From the human T2T-CHM13v2.0 reference genome, Homo sapiens: DNA of 64,000 bases. The notes under the pieces are model-generated. The model worked only from the letters and a program-made list of their open reading frames with translations, was not told the DNA's origin and ran no database searches. The DNA is taken from the NCBI RefSeq assembly GCF_009914755.1, contig NC_060940.1; one strand, written 5' to 3'. This document shows, piece after piece, positions 1-14,260 of the stretch. Position 1 is the first letter of the stretch. Each line of letters begins with the position of its first letter. Made by a program: the position numbers and the translations under genes.

Positions 1-246
1 CCTTCCTTTAGACAGAGCAGATTTGAAAGTCTCTTTTGTGGAATTTGCAAGTGGAGATTTCAAGCGCTTTGAGGCCAAAAGCAGAAAAGGAAATATTTTC
101 CTATAAAAACTCGACAGAATCTTTCTCAGAAACTGCTCTGGGATGTGTGCGTTCAACTCACAGAGTTTAACTTTTCTTTTCATTCAGCAGTTTGGAAACA
201 CTCTGTTTGGAAAGTCTGCACGTGGATATTTTGACCTCTTTGAGGC

Positions 247-263
247 CTTCGTTGGAAACGGGT
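247..263 (+). other. CENP-B box (first in window, -gggt type)
   Basis: cttcgttggaaacgggt, with the nine core positions intact. Confidence 0.93.
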
Positions 264-3200
264 TTTTTTCATGTAAGGCTAGACAGAAGAAATCTCAGTA
301 ACTTCCTTGTGTTGTGTGTATTCAACTGACAGAGTTGAACCTTCCTTTAGACAGAGCAGATTCGAAACACTCTTTTTCTGCAATTTGCAAGTGGAGACTT
401 CAAGCGCTTTGAGGCCAAAGGCAGAAAGGAAATATCTTCGTATAAAAACCCGACAGAATCATTCTCAGAAACTGCTCTGTGATGTGTGCGTTCAACTCAC
501 AGAGTTTAACTTTTCTTTTCATTCAGCAGTTTGGAAACACTCTGTTTGTAAAGTCTGCAAGTGGATATCTTGGCCTCTTAGAGGCCTTCGTTGGAAACGG
601 GTTTTTTCATGTAAGGTTAGACAGAGGAATTCCAGTAACTTCCTTGTGTTGTGTGCATTCAACTCACAGAGTTGAATGATTCTTTACACAGAGCAGTTTT
701 GAGACACTCTTTTGGTGGAATTTGTAAGTGGAGAATTCAGCCGCTTTGAGGTCAACGGTAGAAAAGGAAATATCTTCGTATAAAAACTAGACAGAATGAT
801 TCTCAGAAACTGTTTTGTGATGTGTGCGTTCAACTCACAGAGTTTAACCTTTCTTTTCAAAGAGCAGTTAGGAAACACTCTGTTTGTAAAGTCTGCAAGT
901 GGATATTCAGACCTCTTTGAGGCCTTCGTTGGAAACGGGATTTCTTCATATTATGCTAGACAGATGAATTCTCAGTAACTTCCTTGTGTTGTGTGTATTC
1001 AACTCACAGAGTTGAACGATCCTTTACACAGAGCAGATTTGAAACACTGTTTTTCTGGAATTTGCAAGTGGAGATTTCAGCCGCTTTGAGGTCAATGGTA
1101 GAAAAGGAAATATCTTCGTATAAAAACTAGACAGAATGATTCTCAGAAACTCCTTTGTGATGTGTGCGTTCAACTCACAGGGTTTAACCTTTCTTTTCAC
1201 AGAGCAGTTAGGAAACACTCTGTTTGTGAAGCCTGCCAGTGGATATTCGGACCTCTTTGAGGCCTTCGTTGGAAACGGGATTTCTTCATATTATGCTAGA
1301 CAGAAGATTTCTCAGTAACTTCTTTGTGTTGTGTGTATGCAACTCACAGAGTTCAACCTTCCTTTAGACAGAGCAGATTTGAAACACTCTTTTTGTGGAA
1401 TTTGCAAGTGGAGATTTCAAGCGCTTCGATGCCAATGGTAGAAAAGGAAATATCTTCGTATAAAAACAAGACAAACTCGTTCCCAGACACTGCGTAGTGA
1501 TGTGTGTGTTTAACTCACAGAGTTTCACCTTTCTTTTCATACAGCATTCTGGAAACCCTCTGTTTGTAAAGTCTGCAAGTGGATATTTGGACCTCTTAGA
1601 TGCCTTCGTTGCAAACGGGATTTCTTCATATAATGCTAGAGGGAAGAATTCTTAGTAACTTCTTTGTGTTGTGTGTATTCAACTGACAGAGTTGAACCTT
1701 CCTTTAGACAGAGCAGATTTGAAAGTCTCTTTTTGTGGAATTTGCAAGTGGAGATTTCAAGCGCTTTGAGGCCAAAAGCAGAAAAGGAAATATTTTCCTA
1801 TAAAAACTCGACAGAATCTTTCTCAGAAACTGCTCTGGGATGTGTGCGTTCAACTCACAGAGTTTAACTTTTCTTTTCATTCAGCAGTTTGGAAACACTC
1901 TGTTTGGAAAGTCTGCACGTGGATATTTTGACCTCTTTGAGGCCTTCGTTGGAAACGGGTTTTTTTCATGTAAGGCTAGACAGAAGAAATCTCAGTAACT
2001 TCCTTGTGTTGTGTGTATTCAACTGACAGAGTTGAACCTTCCTTTAGACAGAGCAGATTCGAAACACTCTTTTTCTGCAATTTGCAAGTGGAGACTTCAA
2101 GCGCTTTGAGGCCAAAGGCAGAAAAGGAAATATCTTCGTATAAAAACCCGACAGAATCATTCTCAGAAACTGCTCTGTGATGTGTGCGTTCAACTCACAG
2201 AGTTTAACTTTTCTTTTCATTCAGCAGTTTGGAAACACTCTGTTTGTAAAGTCTGCAAGTGGATATCTTGGCCTCTTAGAGGCCTTCGTTGGAAACGGGT
2301 TTTTTCATGTAAGGTTAGACAGAGGAATTCCCAGTAACTTCCTTGTGTTGTGTGCATTCAACTCACAGAGTTGAATGATTCTTTACACAGAGCAGTTTTG
2401 AGACACTCTTTTGGTGGAATTTGTAAGTGGAGAATTCAGCCGCTTTGATGTCAACGGTAGAAAAGGAAATATCTTCGTATAAAAACTAGACAGAATGATT
2501 CTCAGAAACTGTTTTGTGATGTGTGCGTTCAACTCACAGAGTTTAACCTTTCTTTTCAAAGAGCAGTTAGGAAACACTCTGTAAAGTCTGCAAGTGGATA
2601 TTCAGACCTCTTTGAGGCCTTCGTTGGAAACGGGATTTCTTCATATTATGCTAGACAGATGAATTCTCAGTAACTTCCTTGTGTTGTGTGTATTCAACTC
2701 ACAGAGTTGAACGATCCTTTACACAGAGCAGATTTGAAACACTGTTTTTCTGGAATTTGCAAGTGGAGATTTCAGCCGCTTTGAGGTCAATGGTAGAAAA
2801 GGAAATATCTTCGTATAAAAACTAGACAGAATGATTCTCAGAAACTCCTTTGTGATGTGTGCGTTCAACTCACAGGGTTTAACCTTTCTTTTCACAGAGC
2901 AGTTAGGAAACACTCTGTTTGTGAAGCCTGCCAGTGGATATTCGGACCTCTTTGAGGCCTTCGTTGGAAACGGGATTTCTTCATATTATGCTAGACAGAA
3001 GATTTCTCAGTAACTTCTTTGTGTTGTGTGTATGCAACTCACAGAGTTCAACCTTCCTTTAGACAGAGCAGATTTGAAACACTCTTTTTGTGGAATTTGC
3101 AAGTGGAGATTTCAAGCGCTTCGATGCCAATGGTAGAAAAGGAAATATCTTCGTATAAAAACAAGACAAACTCGTTCCCAGACACTGCGTAGTGATGTGT

Positions 3201-6200
3201 GTGTTTAACTCACAGAGTTTCACCTTTCTTTTCATACAGCATTCTGGAAACCCTCTGTTTGTAAAGTCTGCAAGTGGATATTTGGACCTCTTAGATGCCT
3301 TCGTTGCAAACGGGATTTCTTCATATAATGCTAGAGGGAAGAATTCTTAGTAACTTCTTTGTGTTGTGTGTATTCAACTGACAGAGTTGAACCTTCCTTT
3401 AGACAGAGCAGATTTGAAAGTCTCTTTTTGTGGAATTTGCAAGTGGAGATTTCAAGCGCTTTGAGGCCAAAAGCAGAAAAGGAAATATTTTCCTATAAAA
3501 ACTCGACAGAATCTTTCTCAGAAACTGCTCTGGGATGTGTGCGTTCAACTCACAGAGTTTAACTTTTCTTTTCATTCAGCAGTTTGGAAACACTCTGTTT
3601 GGAAAGTCTGCACGTGGATATTTTGACCTCTTTGAGGCCTTCGTTGGAAACGGGTTTTTTTCATGTAAGGCTAGACAGAAGAAATCTCAGTAACTTCCTT
3701 GTGTTGTGTGTATTCAACTGACAGAGTTGAACCTTCCTTTAGACAGAGCAGATTCGAAACACTCTTTTTCTGCAATTTGCAAGTGGAGACTTCAAGCGCT
3801 TTGAGGCCAAAGGCAGAAAAGGAAATATCTTCGTATAAAAACCCGACAGAATCATTCTCAGAAACTGCTCTGTGATGTGTGCGTTCAACTCACAGAGTTT
3901 AACTTTTCTTTTCATTCAGCAGTTTGGAAACACTCTGTTTGTAAAGTCTGCAAGTGGATATCTTGGCCTCTTAGAGGCCTTCGTTGGAAACGGGTTTTTT
4001 CATGTAAGGTTAGACAGAGGAATTCCCAGTAACTTCCTTGTGTTGTGTGCATTCAACTCACAGAGTTGAATGATTCTTTACACAGAGCAGTTTTGAGACA
4101 CTCTTTTGGTGGAATTTGTAAGTGGAGAATTCAGCCGCTTTGATGTCAACGGTAGAAAAGGAAATATCTTCGTATAAAAACTAGACAGAATGATTCTCAG
4201 AAACTGTTTTGTGATGTGTGCGTTCAACTCACAGAGTTTAACCTTTCTTTTCAAAGAGCAGTTAGGAAACACTCTGTAAAGTCTGCAAGTGGATATTCAG
4301 ACCTCTTTGAGGCCTTCGTTGGAAACGGGATTTCTTCATATTATGCTAGACAGATGAATTCTCAGTAACTTCCTTGTGTTGTGTGTATTCAACTCACAGA
4401 TTTGAACGATCCTTTACACAGAGCAGATTTGAAACACTGTTTTTCTGGAATTTGCAAGTGGAGATTTCAGCCGCTTTGAGGTCAATGGTAGAAAAGGAAA
4501 TATCTTCGTATAAAAACTAGACAGAATGATTCTCAGAAACTCCTTTGTGATGTGTGCGTTCAACTCACAGGGTTTAACCTTTCTTTTCACAGAGCAGTTA
4601 GGAAACACTCTGTTTGTGAAGCCTGCCAGTGGATATTCGGACCTCTTTGAGGCCTTCGTTGGAAACGGGATTTCTTCATATTATGCTAGACAGAAGATTT
4701 CTCAGTAACTTCTTTGTGTTGTGTGTATGCAACTCACAGAGTTCAACCTTCCTTTAGACAGAGCAGATTTGAAACACTCTTTTTGTGGAATTTGCAAGTG
4801 GAGATTTCAAGCGCTTCGATGCCAATGGTAGAAAAGGAAATATCTTCGTATAAAAACAAGACAAACTCGTTCCCAGACACTGCGTAGTGATGTGTGTGTT
4901 TAACTCACAGAGTTTCACCTTTCTTTTCATACAGCATTCTGGAAACCCTCTGTTTGTAAAGTCTGCAAGTGGATATTTGGACCTCTTAGATGCCTTCGTT
5001 GCAAACGGGATTTCTTCATATAATGCTAGAGGGAAGAATTCTTAGTAACTTCTTTGTGTTGTGTGTATTCAACTGACAGAGTTGAACCTTCCTTTAGACA
5101 GAGCAGATTTGAAAGTCTCTTTTGTGGAATTTGCAAGTGGAGATTTCAAGCGCTTTGAGGCCAAAAGCAGAAAAGGAAATATTTTCCTATAAAAACTCGA
5201 CAGAATCTTTCTCAGAAACTGCTCTGGGATGTGTGCGTTCAACTCACAGAGTTTAACTTTTCTTTTCATTCAGCAGTTTGGAAACACTCTGTTTGGAAAG
5301 TCTGCACGTGGATATTTTGACCTCTTTGAGGCCTTCGTTGGAAACGGGTTTTTTTCATGTAAGGCTAGACAGAAGAAATCTCAGTAACTTCCTTGTGTTG
5401 TGTGTATTCAACTGACAGAGTTGAACCTTCCTTTAGACAGAGCAGATTCGAAACACTCTTTTTCTGCAATTTGCAAGTGGAGACTTCAAGCGCTTTGAGG
5501 CCAAAGGCAGAAAAGGAAATATCTTCGTATAAAAACCCGACAGAATCATTCTCAGAAACTGCTCTGTGATGTGTGCGTTCAACTCACAGAGTTTAACTTT
5601 TCTTTTCATTCAGCAGTTTGGAAACACTCTGTTTGTAAAGTCTGCAAGTGGATATCTTGGCCTCTTAGAGGCCTTCGTTGGAAACGGGTTTTTTCATGTA
5701 AGGATAGACAGAGGAATTCCCAGTAACTTCCTTGTGTTGTGTGCATTCAACTCACAGAGTTGAATGATTCTTTACACAGAGCAGATTTGAGACACTCTTT
5801 TGGTGGAATTTGTAAGTGGAGAATTCAGCCGCTTTGAGGTCAACGGTAGAAAAGGAAATATCTTCGTATAAAAACTAGACAGAATGATTCTCAGAAACTG
5901 TTTTGTGATGTGTGCGTTCAACTCACAGAGTTTAACCTTTCTTTTCAAAGAGCAGTTAGGAAACACTCTGTTTGTAAAGTCTGCAAGTGGATATTCAGAC
6001 CTCTTTGAGGCCTTCGTTGGAAACGGGATTTCTTCATATTATGCTAGACAGATGAATTCTCAGTAACTTCCTTGTGTTGTGTGTATTCAACTCACAGAGT
6101 TGAACGATCCTTTACACAGAGCAGATTTGAAACACTGTTTTTCTGGAATTTGCAAGTGGAGATTTCAGCCGCTTTGAGGTCAATGGTAGAAAAGGAAATA

Positions 6201-9163
6201 TCTTCGTATAAAAACTAGACAGAATGATTCTCAGAAACTCCTTTGTGATGTGTGCGTTCAACTCACAGGGTTTAACCTTTCTTTTCACAGAGCAGTTAGG
6301 AAACACTCTGTTTGTGAAGCCTGCCAGTGGATATTCGGACCTCTTTGAGGCCTTCGTTGGAAACGGGATTTCTTCATATTATGCTAGACAGAAGATTTCT
6401 CAGTAACTTCTTTGTGTTGTGTGTATGCAACTCACAGAGTTCAACCTTCCTTTAGACAGAGCAGATTTGAAACACTCTTTTTGTGGAATTTGCAAGTGGA
6501 GATTTCAAGCGCTTCGATGCCAATGGTAGAAAAGGAAATATCTTCGTATAAAAACAAGACAAACTCGTTCCCAGACACTGCGTAGTGATGTGTGTGTTTA
6601 ACTCACAGAGTTTAACCTTTCTTTTCATACAGCATTCTGGAAACCCTGTGTTTGTAAAGTCTGCAAGTGGATATTTGGACCTCTTAGATGCCTTCGTTGG
6701 AAACGGGATTTCTTCATATAATGCTAGAGGGAAGAATTCTTAGTAACTTCTTTTGTTGTGTGTATTCAACTGACAGAGTTGAACCTTCCTTTAGACAGAG
6801 CAGATTTGAAAGTCTCTTTTTGTGGAATTTGCAAGTGGAGATTTCAAGCGCTTTGAGGCCAAAAGCAGAAAAGGAAATATTTTCCTATAAAAACTCGACA
6901 GAATCTTTCTCAGAAACTGCTCTGGGATGTGTGCGTTCAACTCACAGAGTTTAACTTTTCTTTTCATTCAGCAGTTTGGAAACACTCTGTTTGGAAAGTC
7001 TGCACGTGGATATTTTGACCTCTTTGAGCCTTCGTTGGAAACGGGTTTTTTTCATGTAAGGCTAGACAGAAGAAATCTCAGTAACTTCCTTGTGTTGTGT
7101 GTATTCAACTGACAGAGTTGAACCTTCCTTTAGACAGAGCAGATTCGAAACACTCTTTTTCTGCAATTTGCAAGTGGAGACTTCAAGCGCTTTGAGGCCA
7201 AAGGCAGAAAAGGAAATATCTTCGTATAAAAACCCGACAGAATCATTCTCAGAAACTGCTCTGTGATGTGTGCGTTCAACTCACAGAGTTTAACTTTTCT
7301 TTTCATTCAGCAGTTTGGAAACACTCTGTTTGTAAAGTCTGCAAGTGGATATCTTGGCCTCTTAGAGGCCTTCGTTGGAAACGGGTTTTTTCATGTAAGG
7401 ATAGACAGAGGAATTCCCAGTAACTTCCTTGTGTTGTGTGCATTCAACTCACAGAGTTGAATGATTCTTTACACAGAGCAGATTTGAGACACTCTTTTGG
7501 TGGAATTTGTAAGTGGAGAATTCAGCCGCTTTGAGGTCAACGGTAGAAAAGGAAATATCTTCGTATAAAAACTAGACAGAATGATTCTCAGAAACTGTTT
7601 TGTGATGTGTGCGTTCAACTCACAGAGTTTAACCTTTCTTTTCAAAGAGCAGTTAGGAAACACTCTGTTTGTAAAGTCTGCAAGTGGATATTCAGACCTC
7701 TTTGAGGCCTTCGTTGGAAACGGGATTTCTTCATATTATGCTAGACAGATGAATTCTCAGTAACTTCCTTGTGTTGTGTGTATTCAACTCACAGAGTTGA
7801 ACGATCCTTTACACAGAGCAGATTTGAAACACTGTTTTTCTGGAATTTGCAAGTGGAGATTTCAGCCGCTTTGAGGTCAATGGTAGAAAAGGAAATATCT
7901 TCGTATAAAAACTAGACAGAATGATTCTCAGAAACTCCTTTGTGATGTGTGCGTTCAACTCACAGAGTTTAACCTTTCTTTTCACAGAGCAGTTAGGAAA
8001 CACTCTGTGAAGCCTGCCAGTGGATATTCGGACCTCTTTGAGGCCTTCGTTGGAAACGGGATTTCTTCATATTATGCTAGACAGAAGATTTCTCAGTAAC
8101 TTCTTTGTGTTGTGTGTATGCAACTCACAGAGTTCAACCTTCCTTTAGACAGAGCAGATTTGAAACACTCTTTTTGTGGAATTTGCAAGTGGAGATTTCA
8201 AGCGCTTCGATGCCAATGGTAGAAAAGGAAATATCTTCGTATAAAAACAAGACAAACTCGTTCCCAGACACTGCGTAGTGATGTGTGTGTTTAACTCACA
8301 GAGTTTAACCTTTCTTTTCATACAGCATTCTGGAAACCCTCTGTTTGTAAAGTCTGCAAGTGGATATTTGGACCTCTTAGATGCCTTCGTTGGAAACGGG
8401 ATTTCTTCATATAATGCTAGAGGGAAGAATTCTTAGTAACTTCTTTGTGTTGTGTGTATTCAACTGACAGAGTTGAACCTTCCTTTAGACAGAGCAGATT
8501 TGAAAGTCTCTTTTTGTGGAATTTGCAAGTGGAGATTTCAAGCGCTTTGAGGCCAAAAGCAGAAAAGGAAATATTTTCCTATAAAAACTCGACAGAATCT
8601 TTCTCAGAAACTGCTCTGTGATGTGTGCGTTCAACTCACAGAGTTTAACTTTTCTTTTCATTCAGCAGTTTGGAAACACTCTGTTTGGAAAGTCTGCACG
8701 TGGATATTTTGACCTCTTTGAGGCCTTCGTTGGAAACGGGTTTTTTTCATGTAAGGCTAGACAGAAGAAATCTCAGTAACTTCCTTGTGTTGTGTGTATT
8801 CAACTGACAGAGTTGAACCTTCCTTTAGACAGAGCAGATTCGAAACACTCTTTTTCTGCAATTTGCAAGTGGAGACTTCAAGCGCTTTGAGGCCAAAGGC
8901 AGAAAAGGAAATATCTTCGTATAAAAACCCGACAGAATCATTCTCAGAAACTGCTCTGTGATGTGTGCGTTCAACTCACAGAGTTTAACTTTTCTTTTCA
9001 TTCAGCAGTTTGGAAACACTCTGTTTGTAAAGTCTGCAAGTGGATATCTTGGCCTCTTAGAGGCCTTCGTTGGAAACGGGTTTTTTCATGTAAGGTTAGA
9101 CAGAGGAATTCCCAGTAACTTCCTTGTGTTGTGTGCATTCAACTCACAGAGTTGAATGATTCT

Positions 9164-10862
9164 TTACACAGAGCAGATTTGAGACACTCTTTTGGTGGAA
9201 TTTGTAAGTGGAGAATTCAGCCGCTTTGAGGTCAACGGTAGAAAAGGAAATATCTTCGTATAAAAACTAGACAGAATGATTCTCAGAAACTGTTTTGTGA
9301 TGTGTGCGTTCAACTCACAGAGTTTAACCTTTCTTTTCAAAGAGCAGTTAGGAAACACTCTGTTTGTAAAGTCTGCAAGTGGATATTCAGACCTCTTTGA
9401 GGCCTTCGTTGGAAACGGGATTTCTTCATATTATGCTAGACAGATGAATTCTCAGTAACTTCCTTGTGTTGTGTGTATTCAACTCACAGAGTTGAACGAT
9501 CCTTTACACAGAGCAGATTTGAAACACTGTTTTTCTGGAATTTGCAAGTGGAGATTTCAGCCGCTTTGAGGTCAATGGTAGAAAAGGAAATATCTTCGTA
9601 TAAAAACTAGACAGAATGATTCTCAGAAACTCCTTTGTGATGTGTGCGTTCAACTCACAGAGTTTAACCTTTCTTTTCACAGAGCAGTTAGGAAACACTC
9701 TGTTTGTGAAGCCTGCCAGTGGATATTCGGACCTCTTTGAGGCCTTCGTTGGAAACGGGATTTCTTCATATTATGCTAGACAGAAGATTTCTCAGTAACT
9801 TCTTTGTGTTGTGTGTATGCAACTCACAGAGTTCAACCTTCCTTTAGACAGAGCAGATTTGAAACACTCTTTTTGTGGAATTTGCAAGTGGAGATTTCAA
9901 GCGCTTCGATGCCAATGGTAGAAAAGGAAATATCTTCGTATAAAAACAAGACAAACTCGTTCCCAGACACTGCGTAGTGATGTGTGTGTTTAACTCACAG
10001 AGTTTAACCTTTCTTTTCATACAGCATTCTGGAAACCCTGTGTTTGTAAAGTCTGCAACTGGATATTTGGACCTCTTAGATGCCTTCGTTGGAAACGGGA
10101 TTTCTTCATATAATGCTAGAGGGAAGAATTCTTAGTAACTTCTTTGTGTTGTGTGTATTCAACTGACAGAGTTGAACCTTCCTTTAGACAGAGCAGATTT
10201 GAAAGTCTCTTTTTGTGGAATTTGCAAGTGGAGATTTCAAGCGCTTTGAGGCCAAAAGCAGAAAAGGAAATATTTTCCTATAAAAACTCGACAGAATCTT
10301 TCTCAGAAACTGCTCTGGGATGTGTGCGTTCAACTCACAGAGTTTAACTTTTCTTTTCATTCAGCAGTTTGGAAACACTCTGTTTGGAAAGTCTGCACGT
10401 GGATATTTTGACCTCTTTGAGGCCTTCGTTGGAAACGGGTTTTTTTCATGTAAGGCTAGACAGAAGAAATCTCAGTAACTTCCTTGTGTTGTGTGTATTC
10501 AACTGACAGAGTTGAACCTTCCTTTAGACAGAGCAGATTCGAAACACTCTTTTTCTGCAATTTGCAAGTGGAGACTTCAAGCGCTTTGAGGCCAAAGGCA
10601 GAAAAGGAAATATCTTCGTATAAAAACCCGACAGAATCATTCTCAGAAACTGCTCTGTGATGTGTGCGTTCAACTCACAGAGTTTAACTTTTCTTTTCAT
10701 TCAGCAGTTTGGAAACACTCTGTTTGTAAAGTCTGCAAGTGGATATCTTGGCCTCTTAGAGGCCTTCGTTGGAAGCGGGTTTTTTCATGTAAGGTTAGAC
10801 AGAGGAATTCCCACTAACTTCCTTGTGTTGTGTGCATTCAACTCACAGAGTTGAATGATTCT
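9164..10862 (+). repeat. Representative canonical 10-monomer HOR unit (1699 bp; arbitrary phase set by the marker ORF start)
   Basis: Marker ORF starts at 9164, 10863, 12562 and 14261 are exactly 1699 bp apart. The unit has five dimers, with CENP-B boxes at 9404, 9744, 10084, 10424 and 10764. Confidence 0.95.
9404..9420 (+). other. CENP-B box (representative perfect copy; five boxes per 10-mer across the array)
   Basis: cttcgttggaaacggga matches YTTCGTTGGAARCGGGA. Three boxes per HOR end in -ggga and two in -gggt, and all normally retain the core nTTCGnnnnAnnCGGGn. Confidence 0.97.
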
Positions 10863-13800
10863 TTACACAGAGCAGATTTGAGACACTCTTTTGGTGGAAT
10901 TTGTAAGTGGAGAATTCAGCCGCTTTGATGTCAACGGTAGAAAAGGAAATATCTTCGTATAAAAACTAGACAGAATGATTCTCAGAAACTGTTTTGTGAT
11001 GTGTGCTTTCAACTCACAGAGTTTAACCTTTCTTTTCAAAGAGCAGTTAGGAAACACTCTGTTTGTAAAGTCTGCAAGTGGATATTCAGACCTCTTTGAG
11101 GCCTTCGTTGGAAACGGGATTTCTTCATATTATGCTAGACAGATGAATTCTCAGTAACTTCCTTGTGTTGTGTGTATTCAACTCACAGAGTTGAACGATC
11201 CTTTACACAGAGCAGATTTGAAACACTGTTTTTCTGGAATTTGCAAGTGGAGATTTCAGCCGCTTTGAGGTCAATGGTAGAAAAGGAAATATCTTCGTAT
11301 AAAAACTAGACAGAATGATTCTCAGAAACTCCTTTGTGATGTGTGCGTTCAACTCACAGAGTTTAACCTTTCTTTTCACAGAGCAGTTAGGAAACACTCT
11401 GTTTGTGAAGCCTGCCAGTGGATATTCGGACCTCTTTGAGGCCTTCGTTGGAAACGGGATTTCTTCATATTATGCTAGACAGAAGATTTCTCAGTAACTT
11501 CTTTGTGTTGTGTGTATGCAACTCACAGAGTTCAACCTTCCTTTAGACAGAGCAGATTTGAAACACTCTTTTTGTGGAATTTGCAAGTGGAGATTTCAAG
11601 CGCTTCGATGCCAATGGTAGAAAAGGAAATATCTTCGTATAAAAACAAGACAAACTCGTTCCCAGACACTGCGTAGTGATGTGTGTGTTTAACTCACAGA
11701 GTTTAACCTTTCTTTTCATACAGCATTCTGGAAACCCTCTGTTTGTAAAGTCTGCAAGTGGATATTTGGACCTCTTAGATGCCTTCGTTGGAAACGGGAT
11801 TTCTTCATATAATGCTAGAGGGAAGAATTCTTAGTAACTTCTTTGTGTTGTGTGTATTCAACTGACAGAGTTGAACCTTCCTTTAGACAGAGCAGATTTG
11901 AAAGTCTCTTTTTGTGGAATTTGCAAGTGGAGATTTCAAGCGCTTTGAGGCCAAAAGCAGAAAAGGAAATATTTTCCTATAAAAACTCGACAGAATCTTT
12001 CTCAGAAACTGCTCTGGGATGTGTGCGTTCAACTCACAGAGTTTAACTTTTCTTTTCATTCAGCAGTTTGGAAACACTCTGTTTGGAAAGTCTGCACGTG
12101 GATATTTTGACCTCTTTGAGGCCTTCGTTGGAAACGGGTTTTTTTCATGTAAGGCTAGACAGAAGAAATCTCAGTAACTTCCTTGTGTTGTGTGTATTCA
12201 ACTGACAGAGTTGAACCTTCCTTTAGACAGAGCAGATTCGAAACACTCTTTTTCTGCAATTTGCAAGTGGAGACTTCAAGCGCTTTGAGGCCAAAGGCAG
12301 AAAAGGAAATATCTTCGTATAAAAACCCGACAGAATCATTCTCAGAAACTGCTCTGTGATGTGTGCGTTCAACTCACAGAGTTTAACTTTTCTTTTCATT
12401 CAGCAGTTTGGAAACACTCTGTTTGTAAAGTCTGCAAGTGGATATCTTGGCCTCTTAGAGGCCTTCGTTGGAAGCGGGTTTTTTCATGTAAGGATAGACA
12501 GAGGAATTCCCAGTAACTTCCTTGTGTTGTATGCATTCAACTCACAGAGTTGAATGATTCTTTACACAGAGCAGATTTGAGACACTCTTTTGGTGGAATT
12601 TGTAAGTGGAGAATTCAGCCGCTTTGAGGTCAACGGTAGAAAAGGAAATATCTTCGTATAAAAACTAGAAAGAATGATTCTCAGAAACTGTTTTGTGATG
12701 TGTGCTTTCAACTCACAGAGTTTAACCTTTCTTTTCAAAGAGCAGTTAGGAAACACTCTGTTTGTAAAGTCTGCAAGTGGATATTCAGACCTCTTTGAGG
12801 CCTTCGTTGGAAACGGGATTTCTTCATATTATGCTAGACAGATGAATTCTCAGTAACTTCCTTGTGTTGTGTGTATTCAACTCACAGAGTTGAACGATCC
12901 TTTACACAGAGCAGATTTGAAACACTGTTTTTCTGGAATTTGCAAGTGGAGATTTCAGCCGCTTTGAGGTCAATGGTAGAAAAGGAAATATCTTCGTATA
13001 AAAACTAGACAGAATGATTCTCAGAAACTCCTTTGTGATGTGTGCGTTCAACTCACAGAGTTTAACCTTTCTTTTCACAGAGCAGTTAGGAAACACTCTG
13101 TTTGTGAAGCCTGCCAGTGGATATTCGGACCTCTTTGAGGCCTTCGTTGGAAACGGGATTTCTTCATATTATGCTAGACAGAAGATTTCTCAGTAACTAC
13201 TTTGTGTTGTGTGTATGCAACTCACAGAGTTCAACCTTCCTTTAGACAGAGCAGATTTGAAACACTCTTTTTGTGGAATTTGCAAGTGGAGATTTCAAGC
13301 GCTTCGATGCCAATGGTAGAAAAGGAAATATCTTCGTATAAAAACAAGACAAACTCGTTCCCAGACACTGCGTAGTGATGTGTGTGTTTAACTCACAGAG
13401 TTTCACCTTTCTTTTCATACAGCATTCTGGAAACCCTGTGTTTGTAAAGTCTGCAAGTGGATATTTGGACCTCTTAGATGCCTTCGTTGGAAACGGGATT
13501 TCTTCATATAATGCTAGAGGGAAGAATTCTTAGTAACTTCTTTGTGTTGTGTGTATTCAACTGACAGAGTTGAACCTTCCTTTAGACAGAGCAGATTTGA
13601 AAGTCTCTTTTTGTGGAATTTGCAAGTGGAGATTTCAAGCGCTTTGAGGCCAAAAGCAGAAAAGGAAATATTTTCCTATAAAAACTCGACAGAATCTTTC
13701 TCAGAAACTGCTCTGGGATGTGTGCGTTCAACTCACAGAGTTTAACTTTTCTTTCCATTCAGCAGTTTGGAAACACTCTGTTTGGAAAGTCTGCACGTGG

Positions 13801-14260
13801 ATATTTTGACCTCTTTGAGGCCTTCGTTGGAAACGGGTTTTTTTCTTGTAAGGCTAGACAGAAGAAATCTCAGTAACTTCCTTGTGTTGTGTGTATTCAA
13901 CTGACAGAGTTGAACCTTCCTTTAGACAGAGCAGATTCGAAACACTCTTTTTCTGCAATTTGCAAGTGGAGACTTCAAGCGCTTTGAGGCCAAAGGCAGA
14001 AAAGGAAATATCTTCGTATAAAAACCCGACAGAATCATTCTCAGAAACTGCTCTGTGATGTGTGCGTTCAACTCACAGAGTTTAACTTTTCTTTTCATTC
14101 AGCAGTTTGGAAACACTCTGTTTGTAAAGTCTGCAAGTGGATATCTTGGCCTCTTAGAGGCCTTCGTTGGAAACGGGTTTTTTCATGTAAGGTTAGACAG
14201 AGGAATTCCCAGTAACTTCCTTGTGTTGTGTGCATTCAACTCACAGAGTTGAATGATTCT

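Larger units (their letters stand above)
1..14260 (+). repeat. Domain 1: tandem canonical 10-mer HORs
   Basis: Marker spacings from position 684 are 1699, 1695, 1694, 1697, 1695, 1699, 1699 and 1699. Confidence 0.93.

Noticed and set aside
775-790. TATA-like 'tataaaa' motifs as promoters
   Set aside because: This is an intrinsic part of every A-type monomer; the sequence alone gives no evidence of promoter function.
10764-10780. ggaagcgggt, gttgcaaac and cgtttgaaac box variants as inactivating mutations
   Set aside because: The changes fall at non-core positions of the CENP-B box (R at position 12; positions 8-9), so binding is predicted to be retained.
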